This document shows, in pieces, positions 25,441-38,700 of a DNA stretch of 64,000 bases; position 1 is the stretch's first letter; the number at the start of each line of letters is the position of its first letter. The translations under genes were made by a program, and so were the position numbers. The stretch is from the NCBI RefSeq assembly GCF_009914755.1, contig NC_060931.1. One strand, 5' to 3'. The stretch comes from the human T2T-CHM13v2.0 reference genome, Homo sapiens. The notes under the pieces are model-generated. The model saw only the letters and a program-made list of their open reading frames with translations. It had not been told where the DNA came from and made no database searches.

Positions 25441-26210
25441 CACGTGTAGGCAGGCACCCCTCGGTCCACAGGCAGGTGGGCACACAGCCCGGGCCGGCCT
25501 CTTGTCTCACGTCCTCTGTGGATGTCACTCTACCCTCCCTCTTCTCTCTGACCTCTCCACACCCAGCTGTGCGCTGTGGGAGCTCCTGCAGCTTCTGCAC
25601 TCAGCCATCTCTGCTCCAAGCTTCACATATGCACGCATGGTTCCTCAAGCACTTGTCGTGAGACAGGTAAGAGGCTGCCCCTGTGTGTACTCACCCACCA
25701 GCCCTGCATGCCTCATGCCCACAACTCTCTAAACCAGGTCACGCTGAGACCATGGCCATGCCTGCCATGGAAGCTGCAGAGACTCGGGATCCAAAGCCAG
25801 GTCTCCGAAGGGCAGCGCATTTTCCTGACAGCCAGGGACAGGGCCGTGTCCACAGCAGGTGCTCATGAACGCTGCGCAGTGTTCTCTGGGGTGGGCCCTC
25901 CAGAGGCTCCCACACATTGGCATAGGACATGTGCAGAATGTTCTAGAGCCTTCGGTGGTTACAGCACCAAAGGTTTGACACTTGGCTGCAGCGACACTGT
26001 CCTTCAGGAGATTTTCATCCTTCCCCTTAAACACTGGTTTCCACTGCCTCTAAATAACTTACCAAAGCTGCTGAAATCACCTTTCACTTCTCTAAACAGG
26101 TTCCCTCATGTAATTAACAAGAGCCATGGGCTCGCAGCTCCTTCCCTCCCACCCAGTCTCTGCGACCAAGCAACAGGAGCCAAACAGAAACCCCAGGGCC
26201 CCGTACTTAC

Positions 26211-26297
26211 TCCACGTCAGCGAACGCACTGCTGGGCACCTGCAGGAGGCGGGCGACGTCCTCCACCAGCCGCCTTCCTTCCTCGGGGCGCAGGGGG
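26211..26297 (-). CDS. PTPRN2: PTPRN2 internal coding exon (87 nt, phase 2-2; probably exon 10), not in the ORF track
   Basis: ctgtcatccgcag|CCCCCTGCGC...GACGTGGA|gtaagt. Encodes (D)[28 protein letters not shown](E), the membrane-proximal ectodomain of the IA-2 family. Confidence 0.95.
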
Positions 26298-27168
26298 CTG
26301 CGGATGACAGCAGGGATGGGGAGCAGTCACCACAGAGCCAGCAGTCCTGGAGAACTAAAGCCCTGTGGCCCCACAGCCCCGCTCCCTGGTCCCCACACAC
26401 ACCCTGCTCTCCTGGCCTGGGGTCAGCTGCCCCCTCAGGCACAAGGAGTCACCTGAGTTTCCAGCAACAAGACAAACAGTGCAGTGCGGACGGGGCTGTG
26501 GGAATCGCAAGTGGCCCACCGTGTGGAGACTGGCTCCTCTCAGCCTTCAGTGAAAATACAATAAAGGGGAGAAGGGAGAAGGGACAGGCAGGTGCGGCGG
26601 ATGCTGGGACTCTGACTGAGGATGGGGCGGATCCATGGAGAAAGCATCTGTTTTTAATGGGCTCATTTCTGATGTGAACCAGGCCCCAGTGAGGGGCAAT
26701 TTAACTACCCAATGGAAGTGTGAGCATGGAAACCAGGCAGCCAGCCCACTGGCAGCAACTCAGGGCAGGGGGCGGGGGCACTCCCGGAAGGCACTGTGGC
26801 CGCAGACTCCCCACAAGGCCACCTGGCTGGGGACCTGTCCGTCAAGAGGCAAGAGCCGTCACCAGGGTGGTTTGCAGCTTGATGACTCATCCTGAAGGCC
26901 AGCATTCAGGTTGAAAGTCACAAGTTGCCTGTGAAATCCTGTTAGTACCACTTTAATGGAGTATTAAGTTACAATATTATGTAAAAGCATGTTGTACCGC
27001 AAAGGCTTTCACCCCAGCAGACCAAAACGCCTGCATTCCTCATCCAGTGAGCGTGCAGGATGCCTGCAGGGCACCAGGAGCTGCTTCCAAATACAGCAAT
27101 GAACAGCAAGACCAGCCCTGCCCTCGAGGGGTTCACGTTCTAGAGATGCTGGTGAATAGAAATCAATC

Positions 27169-27570
27169 ATGCTATGATGGGTTGAATTATGTCACCTAAA
27201 AATTCATATGTTGAAATCCTAAAACCCAAATAATGTGAACTGATTTGGAAATAGGGCTATCATAGATTTAGTTAAGCTGAGGTCAATAGGGTGAACCCTA
27301 AGCCAATATCACTGGTGTCCGTATAAAAGGAGGGTTTGGACTCAGAGACAAACGCACAGGGTGTCGCAAAGACATGGGGAGAAACCACCCACAAGCTGAA
27401 GTCATCTCAGGCCAGTAGCAGCAGGGGCGAGGCTGGGAGCAGACCCTCCTCAGCCTCAGGGGAACCAGCCCTGCCCACACCTGGGTCTTGGACTTCCAGC
27501 CTCCAGGACAGGGAGAAGATGGATTTCCCACTTTGGAAGTGTGCGCCAGCAGCCCAGGCAGACTAGCTCC
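27169..27570 (+). mobile_element. MaLR solo LTR (MLT1B/C-like)
   Basis: tgctatgatgggttgaattatgtc...ttcatatgttgaaatcctaa...ttggaaataggg...ggacttccagcctccag. Confidence 0.8.
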
Positions 27571-28040
27571 TGTCGGCTGACAAGTTCTCTGGAGGAGACA
27601 GCTGGGTAGAGAAGTGGCATGCAGGGCTGTGGAGGGAAGGGCAGAGAGGAGAGACTGTCTTGTAAAGTGGGCTATAGGAGGCCTCTCCAGTGGGGCCCCG
27701 TTTGAACAGAGGTGAAGGAGCTGGAAACAGGGTATCAGACAGTGAGCAGAGAAGGCAAGGGGGCCGCGGTGCCACATGGTGAGGAGGTGAAGTCACAGAG
27801 CAGCTGGGTGGACATGGCCTGGAGACGAGTGCAGGAGGCCGTCAGCTGGGGCAGGGGCCTGAGCTGGCCACCACGGCTGTCCGGTGGGGAGCCTGGGGAT
27901 CTGGAGGGACATCTGAGGCCATGCCGGTGGAGTCCGCTGGCGCTGGGAAAACACAAGATGGGCAGAAGCCCCAGGAAGGCCCAGCTGGGAGTGGTGCTGA
28001 CAGAGTCAGGAGTTTACATCCTGCACACGTGGACATGGGG

Positions 28041-28265
28041 ACCCCAGCAGGGCGTCCAGGCTAGGTGCTGAGGGGCGACGTGTCTGTCAGTGCAGAGGTC
28101 AAAGGCCCCAGCGGGGCATCCAGGCTGGGTGCTGAGGGCAGTGCATCCATGTGTGCAGAGGTCAGAGGCCCCAGCAGGGTGCCCAGGCTGGGTACTGAGG
28201 GGCGATGTGCCTGTGAGTGCAGAGGTCAGAGGCCACAGCAGGGCGTCCAGGCTGGGTGCTGGGGG
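28041..28265. repeat. ~64 bp x3.5 tandem repeat
   Basis: ccccagcagggcgtccaggctgggtgctgagggg...gtgcagaggtcagagg. Confidence 0.85.
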
Positions 28266-28365
28266 CAGTGCATCATGAATGCCGAGACCGGGGAGCTGTA
28301 CGACCAGAGGTGTTCACTGGCCTCAGGAGGGTGACTGAAGCTGGAGCACCTAAGACGGAGCCTTG

Positions 28366-28450
28366 CCCCCCAGCATTTAGGATCCCCCAGCATTGAGGGC
28401 CCCCCGGCATTTAGGGCCCCCCAGCATTGAGGGCCCCCCAGCATTTAGGG
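28366..28450. repeat. 18-19 bp x~5 tandem repeat
   Basis: ccccccagcatt(t/g)aggg. Confidence 0.85.
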
Positions 28451-30404
28451 CAATGAGGGGAACTGGCAAAAGAGAATGAAAAGGACTGTGACAGAGGCAA
28501 GCAGCGAGCTGGCAAGAATTCCAAGAAGGAGAAGGGCCGGGCCTCAGATTGGTCCAGAGAGATGAGGATGGGGAGCTGAGGCCGAGCTTAGCGGGTCATG
28601 ATGGCTGTGGGCTGACCTCACAGGAGCTCTTCTGCAAGGCTGTAGGGACCTGCAGCCTGTTCAGCATTGGAGGGATGGAGAGTAGGAAAGGAGAGATGGG
28701 GCCAACACTGTAAGAGCTGCCCAGGGTTCTGGGGGCAAGAGGGGCAGTTTCTGTTAAGCTGGAAGACGTCTAGGATGCTAGCATAGGGATAGGAGTGATG
28801 AGACAAGGTGCTGGATGTAGGGCATGGCTGTGTGTGCCCAGAGCAGGCAGAGGCCTTAGGCAGGAGTAGGACAATGGTAACAGAACTGGCACCAGGGCTG
28901 GAGACCCCAGGCATTCTCTATCCATGACTTACACTCAGGGACCCCTTGGGGAGAGGACCTCAGCAGGGCCTGCAGATTCAGACTCATGAGCAGGCGCATG
29001 CCGTGACTAGTCTAGCCTCAGAGCGCAGCTGCACTAGCTGGAGAGAGAGGGTAGTTCTTGGGGGTTATGAATCCTTCCTGGGGACAGAGAGACGCATTGA
29101 GGTGGATTCTCATGGGCCTCGCACCTGCAACAAGAAAGCCATCTGATGGCGTCGACGCTACAAGCTGTTGTTGTGGCCACCAGGGACACAGCCTACCATC
29201 CTTGGCCAGGACTTCGAGGCACGTAGCAATCCGGGACCAGCTGGGGCACAGGCCGCCTTCCACTCAGGGAGGAGCCACATCTGAGCTCAGGGGCTGAGCC
29301 TGTCCCAAAAGCCCGGTACCTCCAGGGAGACCGGTGGCCCCTACATCTGGGTACCCCTCAGAGCCACCTGGGGAGGGTGTCCAGGCCCATGCCTGTCCTG
29401 CCCAGCCAGTGTGGCTGGAACTGGAGCCCAGGACAGTGTATTTAAAATAAAAAAACCAAACCAAACAAAAAAACCCTTTGTAGGTGAAGGTGACAGCTGG
29501 TCCAGTTTGGGAGTGGTTACAGCAATGGAAAGGTGAGGCTGCATCCACGTACCACAGGCCTTCCCTGCCCAGTCCAGGGCTCTGGGACCTGAGTGGGCCA
29601 AGGACTCACCAGGATGGGCCAAGGACTCACCAGGAATGCAGATGCCCCAGCCACCCTCCAGCGTTTCGGAGTCAGGAGGCCACAGGTCAGGCCTGGGAAT
29701 CTGTGTTTCTCGTGGGTTCCCACTGGTGCTGACACTTGTTCAGGCATCTGCTTTGGGAACCCCTTGGCCAAACTCCCACACCATAAAATCAGCAACAAAG
29801 CCACATGACTTCCAACCCTAGACTAACGTAGGTCGCTCAGCTTCAGGCAATCTACACATCAGTTGGGAGGGATGTGGAAGACGTGCCGCGGGAATGCTCT
29901 ACTCTTCATCTAAGAAATACTTCCTGAGCACTTGTGGTACCAGGCTGAGCCAGGAGCTATGGAAGCAGAGATGAGAGAGGAGGAGGAGCCAGCGGCCCCC
30001 GGCAGCCTCTAATCTGGCAGGAACAACGGTAAAGAATATGCATTAAAAAACCCATGGCAAACCCCAGGGAAAAGAGAAGCCACCGGCCACGGCCCTGGGG
30101 CCTACATGGGAGCCTGGTCCAGGCTGGGGTAAGGGAGCCCCAGAAGGGTCCCCAAGAACTACCACAGGGCTGAGAGAATGGATCGTGTTACTAGTCTAAG
30201 GCACAGAGCGCGAGAGGCAGACGCAGGGATGGAAACAGCAAGCAAATGCCCTCGGGTAGCACAGTCACTCAGAGAACTTGAGAGAAGGGGCAGGGGAGGC
30301 ACGGATGGCTAGAAGGAAGGGAGCCAACTACATGGGTGCTCCTCACCCATTAAGGGATTGGAGTTTATCCCAAATACAATGGCGAGCTATCAACAGGGCC
30401 TAGG

Positions 30405-30586
30405 CAAGGGCACTGTCCCACTCTCCTGGTCCCAGCTTCTCAGAAGGCTGAGGAGCCAAGATCACTGGAGTCCAGGAGCTCAAGGCTGCAATGAGCTATG
30501 ATTGCACCTGTGAATATCCACTGCATCCCAGCCTGGGTGAAAGAGCAAGACCCCATATCCAAAATAACAACAACAACAACAACAAA
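30405..30586 (+). mobile_element. FAM (fossil Alu monomer)
   Basis: Keeps the 7SL-derived segment gcacctgtgaatatccactgca that is absent from dimeric Alu arms; (AAC)n tail. Confidence 0.75.
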
Positions 30587-30834
30587 AGTTCCCTCCCCTG
30601 GATAAAGAACAGGTTGGAGACCAGAGGAGACAGAAGGGAAACAGCTGGTGGCCTCCAGATTGTCTCAATGAGACATGAGCTCAAGCAGCATGGACCGTGG
30701 TAATGGTGACTGAAGTGGACATGGTCATAGACTGTGATGTGTCAGCGGGTAAGGTGTTCAGAACTGTGAGTGAGAAAGGTGGGCTCTGCAGGGTTGAAGG
30801 GACAGCAGAGCAGATGCTGTTTTCTGAAGCAGGC

Positions 30835-31167
30835 TGCTATGAACTAATTGTGACCCCTAAAATCTGTATGTTCCAATCTTTAGCCCCAAGGTGAAGGTGT
30901 GAGGAGGAGGGGCCTATGGGAGGTGGTCAGGTCATGAGGGTGGAGTCTCCTAATGAGATCAGTGCCCTCTACAAGAGGCTCTGTAGATCTTTTTCCTTCA
31001 TGTGAGAAAATGCCATCTGCAACCCAGAAGTGTGCCTCCACCAAGAACCCAAAAATCTACTGGCATCTGGATTCCAACCCCTGGAATTGTGAGGAAGAAA
31101 TTCCTATTGCTTCTAAGCTGCCCCATCCATGGTGCTTTGTTATAGCACTGCGAGTGGACTCAGGACA
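30835..31167 (+). mobile_element. MaLR solo LTR (MLT1A-like)
   Basis: tgctatgaactaattgtg...ggtcatgagggtggagtctcctaatgagatcagtgccct...gctttgttatagc. Confidence 0.8.
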
Positions 31168-31664
31168 GCCCCAGGACAGAGGAAAGATCCTGAGGTCAGC
31201 ATCAAACACACGGAGTCTGTGTTGCCTTCAAGGCATCAGGTGAAGATATGACAAGACTGGGTGGGCCCTCAACTGTCTGCACTGAGCCCATCCCTCACAC
31301 TCCACCCTGTGCCACCCTCAGATGGAACAGGGAAGGAGCCTGGTTCGCTCAGGTGAGTAACTGGGAACTTGAGTTTTATAAGACAGGCCCGCTCTGCACA
31401 CCCTGCATGGAGCGGTGAAGTAAGGACCTCACCCACGTGGGGTAGGCTTTGGCTACTGCACCATGCACCTCTCCCTGCACATGGACACAAGTACTCATTC
31501 CACAAGTAGATTCTACATTGGCATTAACTGCATGAATGAATGAACACGAGAATGTCAAAAACAGCAAAAAATCCAACATTTTAAAAATCATTAAAATGTA
31601 AACTATTAAATGAACCCCACTCAATTTATAAAGTTTCTGTAAAACTAAAGTAAAGCATGAATTA

Positions 31665-34015
31665 GTTTTGGGAAGATGGTGAGTAGGAAACACCAGGAAT
31701 CTGTCTCCCACCTGACAACACTGTGCTAGTAGGATCTGTCTGATGTAACTGATCCTTGAACTCTGAAGCCTAATGAAGGCCTCCGACTTCTAGTGGAAGG
31801 TCTGGATACACCTTGCAGTCAATGTCAGCTTTCATCACAGTAGGAGCTACCGCTACTCACCTTCAGCCCTGTGGCAAGCAGCTGTGCACATGTTCCTGGA
31901 GCAGCCTGCACACACTGGCAGGAGCCAGAACAGGCAACACAGATGTTGTCCTCCAAATATTGGGAATCTGCAATCTCACTGCTGATTGCTGCTTCTCATC
32001 ACAGAGGTGCAGGAAAGGAGGAGGGCACCATTGTTTGGCCACCTCCTCATTGTTGTTGCTCCTCCCCCTCTGGCCAAAATGACTTACAGGGGATTTAAAA
32101 TGCTAACACCCATTTTTCCCACCTTCATTTTTCTCTTTTTCCGCTTTTGGGAGCCAGAAATTAAAGACCAGAATATTCAAAAGTAACTGAATATACAGGG
32201 AAAATTAGAAAGTCACCACACATGCTCAGGGAAAGGCTCAGATAATACCACAAGTTTACACCTCAGGCTGATCCTTGGCACAAAGACAGCCTACAAAAAA
32301 TTTAAAAGAAAGATAAACAAAAAATAGCAAACCTATGGAGAGACAATCTGATTTCCAGAGTTAGATTAAAATTTCTAGTTTTCAACAAAAAATTGCAAGA
32401 AACAAGAAACAAAGAAACAAGAAACTACAGCCCATTCAAAGGAAAAAGGTAAGTCAACAATAATTGTCTCTAAAAAAAGACCTGATGGCAGATGTACTAG
32501 GCAAAGACTTTAAAACAATTGTCATAAAAATGCTTGAAGAACAAAAGAAAGATGTAAAGAAAGTCAGAAAAATTATGTATGAAAAATGAAAATGTCAAAG
32601 AGAAAACCTAAAATATAAAAGAAATTCTGAAGCTCAAAATACAATAGCTGAAATTAAAAAGTTCACTAGAGAGATTCAAAGGCAGATTTGAGCAAGAAAA
32701 ATAAAGAATCAGTGAACTTGAAGATAGGACAATGGAAATTATTCAGTCTAAGAAATAGAAAAAAAGATTGAAGAAAAGTGACAAAACCCTAAGGGACATG
32801 TGGGATACCACTAAGAGAACCAGTATATGAATTGTGAGAGGAAATTGTGCCCAAAAGAAAAAAAAGAGATAAAGGGGCAGAGAAAATACTTGAAGAACAA
32901 TACCTGAAAACTTCCCAAGTTTGATGAAAGACATGGATATAAGCATCCAAGAAGCTCAGTGAACTCCAAGTAAAATTAACTCAGAGACACATTTTAACTA
33001 AATTGTTAAAAGACAAGGACAAACAGAGAATTCTCCTCTTACATTTGAAAGCAGCAAGAAAGAAGCAGTTCATCACACACCAGGCTTTCCAAATAATATT
33101 ATCAGCAGAAACTTTGCAGAACAGAAAGCAGTGAACCAATATATTCCAAGTGCTACAGGAAAAGAAAAAAAAAACCTGTCAACCAAGAATCCTATATCCA
33201 ACAAAATTGCACTTCAAAAGTGAAGAAGAAATTAAGACATTCTTAGATAAACCAAAGCTGAGAGAGTTTGTTATCACTAGACCTGCCTTGCAAGAAATAT
33301 TCCAAGGAGTCCTGCAGGATGAAATGAAAGGACACTGGACAATAACTCAAAGCCATATAAAAAATTAAAATCTCAATAAAGGCAAATATATGGTGAATTA
33401 TAAAATATAGTATTATTGTAACAGTGGTTTGTAACTCCTTTTAGTTCTCTATATGATTTAAGAGACTAGTACATATCTTAAAAACAATTACTAGTTAAAA
33501 CTAGTATTATAACTTTGGTTTGTAACTCCACATTTTGTTTTCTACATAATTTAAGAAACGAATAAATTTTAAACAATTATTAGTTTATATCCTGGGACAT
33601 ACAATGTATAAGGATGCAATTTTGTGATATCAATAGCCAAAAAGGGTGGGTAAATAGCATAAAGGAGCATAATTTTTGTATGTTATTGAAGTCAAGCTAG
33701 TATAAATTTAAGTTAGTGTTGTAATTTTCAGATGTTAAATCTAATCCTCTATGATAAATACAAAGAAAATAGCTACATAATACGTACAAAAAGAAGAAAG
33801 GAATTTAGGCATTTAATTTTTAAAAATCTACTAAACACAAAAGAAGATAGTAATGCAGAAAATGAGTGGCAAAAAATCCATAATGCACATAGAAAACAAA
33901 TATTAAAATGACAGAAGTCCCTCCTCATCATTAATTACTTTAAATGTAAATAGATTAAACTCTCCAATCAAAAGACAGAGATTAGCAAAATATGATATTC
34001 CACAGATCTTTTAAG
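31665..34015 (+). mobile_element. Old L1M: 5' region, decayed ORF1 and start of ORF2
   Basis: ORF1 C-terminal remnant CQPRILYPTKLHFKSEEEIKTF.DKPKLREF; endonuclease start ttaaatgtaaatagattaaactctccaatcaaaagacagag. Confidence 0.85.
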
Positions 34016-34109
34016 GACTATTTCTATAGTACACAACAAGGGATATCTATTTGCATTAACTATAAGCATAAACATGACAGTCTTTGTTTTCAAGCATGTC
34101 AATAATGTC

Positions 34110-34383
34110 TTCTTTTTTTGTCGCCCAGGCTGGAGTGCAGTGGCATGATCGTTGCTCACTGCAGCCTCAACCTTTCCAGGCTCAGGTGATCCTCCCACCT
34201 CAGCCTTCCCATTTGCTGACATTACAAGTTCATGCCAGCATGCCTTGCTAACTTTTCTATTTTTTGTAGAGATGGGGTTTTGCCATGTTGCCCAGGCTGG
34301 TCTCAAGCTCCTGGGCTCAAGAAATCCACCACTTTGGTCTCCCAAAGTACTGAAATTATAGGCATCAGCCACCACACCTGGCC
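34110..34383 (-). mobile_element. AluJ
   Basis: J-type diagnostics (ctcactgcagcctcaacc, ctcctgggctcaag). Confidence 0.9.
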
Positions 34384-34534
34384 AATATCTTCTTTTAATA
34401 TAAGAGATAGCACTGTGAGTGTATTATTGCTACATTTTTAGTTTAACGTAAAATTTCTCATTTTGACTATTAAAGGAAAGTAAAATATTTACATCACTAT
34501 TTAAGAAACCTCATAATGTACCTAGCGTGTATAG

Positions 34535-35760
34535 AGTACTCTTAAAACTCAACAACAAAAATACAAACAATACCATTTAAAAATGGGCAAAGGACTTGAA
34601 TAGACATTTTCCTCCAAAGAAAATATACAAATGGCCAAAAGCACATGAAAAGATGCTCAACATCACTAATCATTAGGAAAACACAAATCAAAACTACAAT
34701 GTGATACCACCTCATACCTATCAGGATGGCCACTGTAAGAAGAAAAAAACCCAGAAAATAGTAAACGTTGGCAAAGATGTGGCTAAATTGGAACTCCTGT
34801 GCCTTGTTGGTGAGAATGTAACACGGTATATCAAGTGTGGAAGAGTATGGAGACTCCTCAAAAAAATGAAAAATAGAATTGCACTTTGATCGAGTAACTC
34901 CACTCCTTGGTATCTACAGTAGTCCCCCATTAGCTGCAGTTTGTTTTCTGTGTTTTAGGTACCTGAGGTACAGTACAAGAAGATATTTGAAAGAGGGAGA
35001 GAGAGAGAGAGAGAGACACCATATTTACACAACTTCTATTACAGTAAATTGTTATAATTGTTCTATTTTATCACTACTGTTGTTAATCTCATACTCTAAT
35101 TTATAAATTAAACTTTATCATAGGTATGTATGTATAGGAAAAGCCATAGTTTATATAGGGTTCTGCACTATCTGAAGTTTCAAGCATCCACTGGGGTTCC
35201 TGGAATGTCTCCCCCTTAGATAAGGGGGAGACTACTTTGCCCAAAAGAATTGAAAACAGGGTCTCAAAGAGATGTTAGTGCCTCACATTCACAGCCGCAT
35301 TATTCTCAATCACTAAAGCATGGGGGCAACTGAAGGGCCTAGTGATGGACAAATGGAGGAGCAAAGCGTGGCCTGCACCAAAAGTAGAATATTATTTAGC
35401 CCTGAACAGGAAGAAATTCAGACACATGCGACAACAGGGATGAACCCTGAAACATGATGGTAACTGAAATAACCTGGGCATAAAAGGACAAATTCTGTGT
35501 GTCTACCCATGTGAGGTTCCTAGAATCCTCAAATTCAGAGAGACACAGAGTAGAGTGAAGGCTGCCAGGGGCTGGGGTAGGGTAGTGTTTAATGGGGATG
35601 AAACTTCAGTTTTACAGGATGAAAAGAGCTCTGGGGATGGACAGCGGTGATGGTTGCACAATAGCACAAATGTTAACGCTACTGAATTCTATGCTTAAAC
35701 ATGGGTAAGACAGTAAACTTTATGTTATCTATATGTTAATAAAATACAAGAAATTGGGAA
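34535..35760 (+). mobile_element. L1M(A/B) ORF2 end and 3'UTR, interrupted by MER44A
   Basis: aaatgggcaaaggacttgaatagacattt...ttcagttttacaggatgaaaagagctctgg...gtaaactttatgttat. Confidence 0.85.
34917..35237 (+). mobile_element. MER44A-like Tigger MITE
   Basis: TIRs cagtagtccccc / gggggagactact, a TA on the left, and an internal (GA)n...aaactttatcataggtatgtatg. The L1 resumes after it. Confidence 0.85.
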
Positions 35761-38700
35761 GATGAAACAAGGTGATTAGTATAAAAGCACCGTGACGTGT
35801 GGCTGCTCCCCACATCCAAGGCAGTGTACCAGCCTTCGTCCAATCTCTATTTCAGCAGAACACTCCTTGTGGCTCACGGAGAAAGCTGAGCCAAGTTCCT
35901 GCTGGATCCCTGGCAAAGCTCCTTTCTGCTCCCTGTCTCCAAGGAAAGCCTGTGGCGTGTTCTTTAAAGTGGATTTTTCAAGGCTGCATTCTGTGTAATT
36001 TTACAATTGAGAAACAAGCCATTTTCCTTTAAAGAGTGGCTGCTGGAAGGGGAGGGGTCCCAGATGTCCTCTCTTTTCCTGTACATTTTGGATGTCTGCT
36101 CTAACCCAGGTCAGCTCCTGTCCCAAAACATCCTCCAGGGCCATCTGAACAGCTTGTGAAGGGCACTGGTGCCAGAAAAAGTGTCAGAATGGCCAGATGT
36201 TGGGCCAGAAGGGAGGCAACAGGGAAGGGAGCCAGGCGGGGCTACAAAGACAAACTCAGGCTGCAGCTGGACAGAGCAATGACCCACCACAGCCGGCTCA
36301 GCTCCACCCCAGCTGAGACCAGCCCAGGCTGCTGGGAACTCCAGACTTGCATCCAACCAGCCTCCCTGCTCCAAGCCAAACCCTCCTGGCAGGCAAGTGC
36401 GATGCTTCCAGATGAGCCCTTCCTTTTTTTCGTGTGGCTGCAGGTTCCTTCCTCCCGGCTCCTGTGCTCCCCAGCAGCCTGGGCTTTTCTCTCTGCCTGG
36501 GCCTGGTGGTGACTGCTCCAAAGGGCCAGCCTACCTGCTCCCATCGCTGACCTGCCTTGCCTCAGCCCCCTGCACCCCAGCCTCCCTGGGCCTCCCCATC
36601 CTTGGAGCCATTAGGAAGAGGGCAGGTGCAGAAGGGCAGGTGGAGAAGGCTAGGACCGACCACACCACTCCAATCAGCAAAGACAGAAACTGCTGCTCTT
36701 CAGGCTTTCCCTAAAACTCCCTGTGTGCTTTGATCAGCACCACTCAGCTCATGACTTATTTTAAAAGGTCTCCAGTACTTTCATATTTTAATCCTGCCTC
36801 CCCCTACAAACTGCAAACTCATTGAGGGCAGGAGCCACGTGTCATCTGAGTTTGTTTCTTCCAAGCCTACTGCCCCCTGCGGAGCATAAGCCAACTTCCC
36901 AATCAATGTTTGCTACCAAATTCCATGAGTCTCCTTTTCTAGCATGTTTCAAACCAAGGGGATGGTATGAGGACATGGGAGGGGCTCCACCACGAATCCT
37001 GGGCCCAGCCCTCTGCCCTCCATGCTCCAATATGGAAACCAACAGAAGCATCCACAAGACTCCTACAACACCCTGAACACAACAAGGAAGTCCACAAGCC
37101 CAGAATGTGTTTGTGAACCCGCTGCCTCCACAAGCCAAGGTGTCCCCAGTTATACAAAGTGTACGGGACGTGCAGTCCACTCCCTTCCTTCCTCAGCCTG
37201 GCAAGGGTGACAGTGCCGGCCAGGTGGGCAGGGGCATCACGGCTCCTCTGTAAAGCAGAAGAGTGCTGGCTCCATTCTGTAAAGCAGACAAACAAGACAG
37301 GGCTGACTGTGCTCACAATGATCACACAGCCATTCCTATTTCATCTCTAAAGCCACAGCCATCATCTGTCATTCCGAGGCCTGAACTTCCTTAGAAAGCA
37401 GTTGGACGTCATCCTGAAAATGAGTGGGAGGATCCAGCAGGTGCGACGTGCTGTGTCTGCATGTGGCGGCTTCCACCCTCAATACCTGGACACTAATATT
37501 GCCGTAGAAGAGAAACAGGCATGAGAACTTTTATGGGGTCAGGGTCAGAGCTAGGAGTGCCTGTGAGGGCAGTGGAAAGGACTTTCAAAGCTGAAGATGG
37601 CGTCTCCTCTCTCTAGAGTCTTTCAGTTCTGAAGGACAGTGGCAAGTTTGTGACGTCTCTAAGCTCAACCACGTTGGACAAGCCTGTTCCTATGGATCTA
37701 CTGAATCAGCCACATGGGAGGCCCTAAGGCCTCGGCAAGCACTCACTGGAGGGAGGCTCAGAGTAAGAAGTGACAGTGTCCCTCTTCCACGGTGTCCTCT
37801 CAGCCCCGGCACAGTGCTGGGTCTTCCGTGTGGCATCCACATCACCCCGAAATGAGTGCACGGGTGGACGCATGAGCAGAAAATGACTACGGGAGTGTCA
37901 CCCCTAAAAATCAGACTAGTGAAAAGTACGTAGGGGTCGGAAATATAAAGAGTAGTAAAAACTCTGGGAAGCTCCTGTGCTGGACGCCACACTGAGGCCC
38001 CACACAGCGGTGGGATCTGGCATTCAGCAGACCCCTGAGGAACACACTATTATTGGCCTCATTTAAAAGAGAAACCGAGGCTAGAGAAACTAAAGTCATT
38101 GCCCAAAATTACACTACTAGGAAACTCCCAGGAGAAAAGCTCAAACGGAACACTTTATCATTCAGGCCATGTTCCAACGTAGGTGCCCAGAAAGGTGGGG
38201 TGAGCCCGGGGACCTGTTGCGACCTACACTTGTTCTTAACAAAACCGAAGGAAGCCTGCATAAAACTTCTCCACGTCTCATTTTGGCAGCCTTGTTACTG
38301 CCTCTTCCTTGTGGGCCAGATGAAATCAAGCCAAGAACAGGACCCGCCATGACCGACCCTCCTGCTGACCATGCTCTGTGCTTCTGCAGCTTCACCAGCC
38401 CGATCTGGGACATTTTACTATTTACTGCAAAACCCACCAGGAGCTAGGGAGCCAAATGTGAAGGGAAAATGAGTCAACTTTGATATAAACTCTTTTGATA
38501 AGACAATACTCAAAACCAATAGATAAACGAGGTTTCTTGGGATCAACCAATTATTCTAGTTATCCCTGTTCATCATTAAAACAAACCATGAAATTTATTC
38601 TATTTAAATCATCTTATAAAGTAGTTAAAATGTTTCCAGCCCACGGGAACCTCCCCCATGCAGAGAAGCAACGCTTCGAGGGTGGCAAACAGTGGGCTGG

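Noticed and set aside
1-26210. Further PTPRN2 exons (next ectodomain exon, transmembrane or phosphatase domain)
   Set aside because: No sequence matching the recalled continuation (VLGPAVTFKV...) was seen; it presumably lies beyond the left edge.
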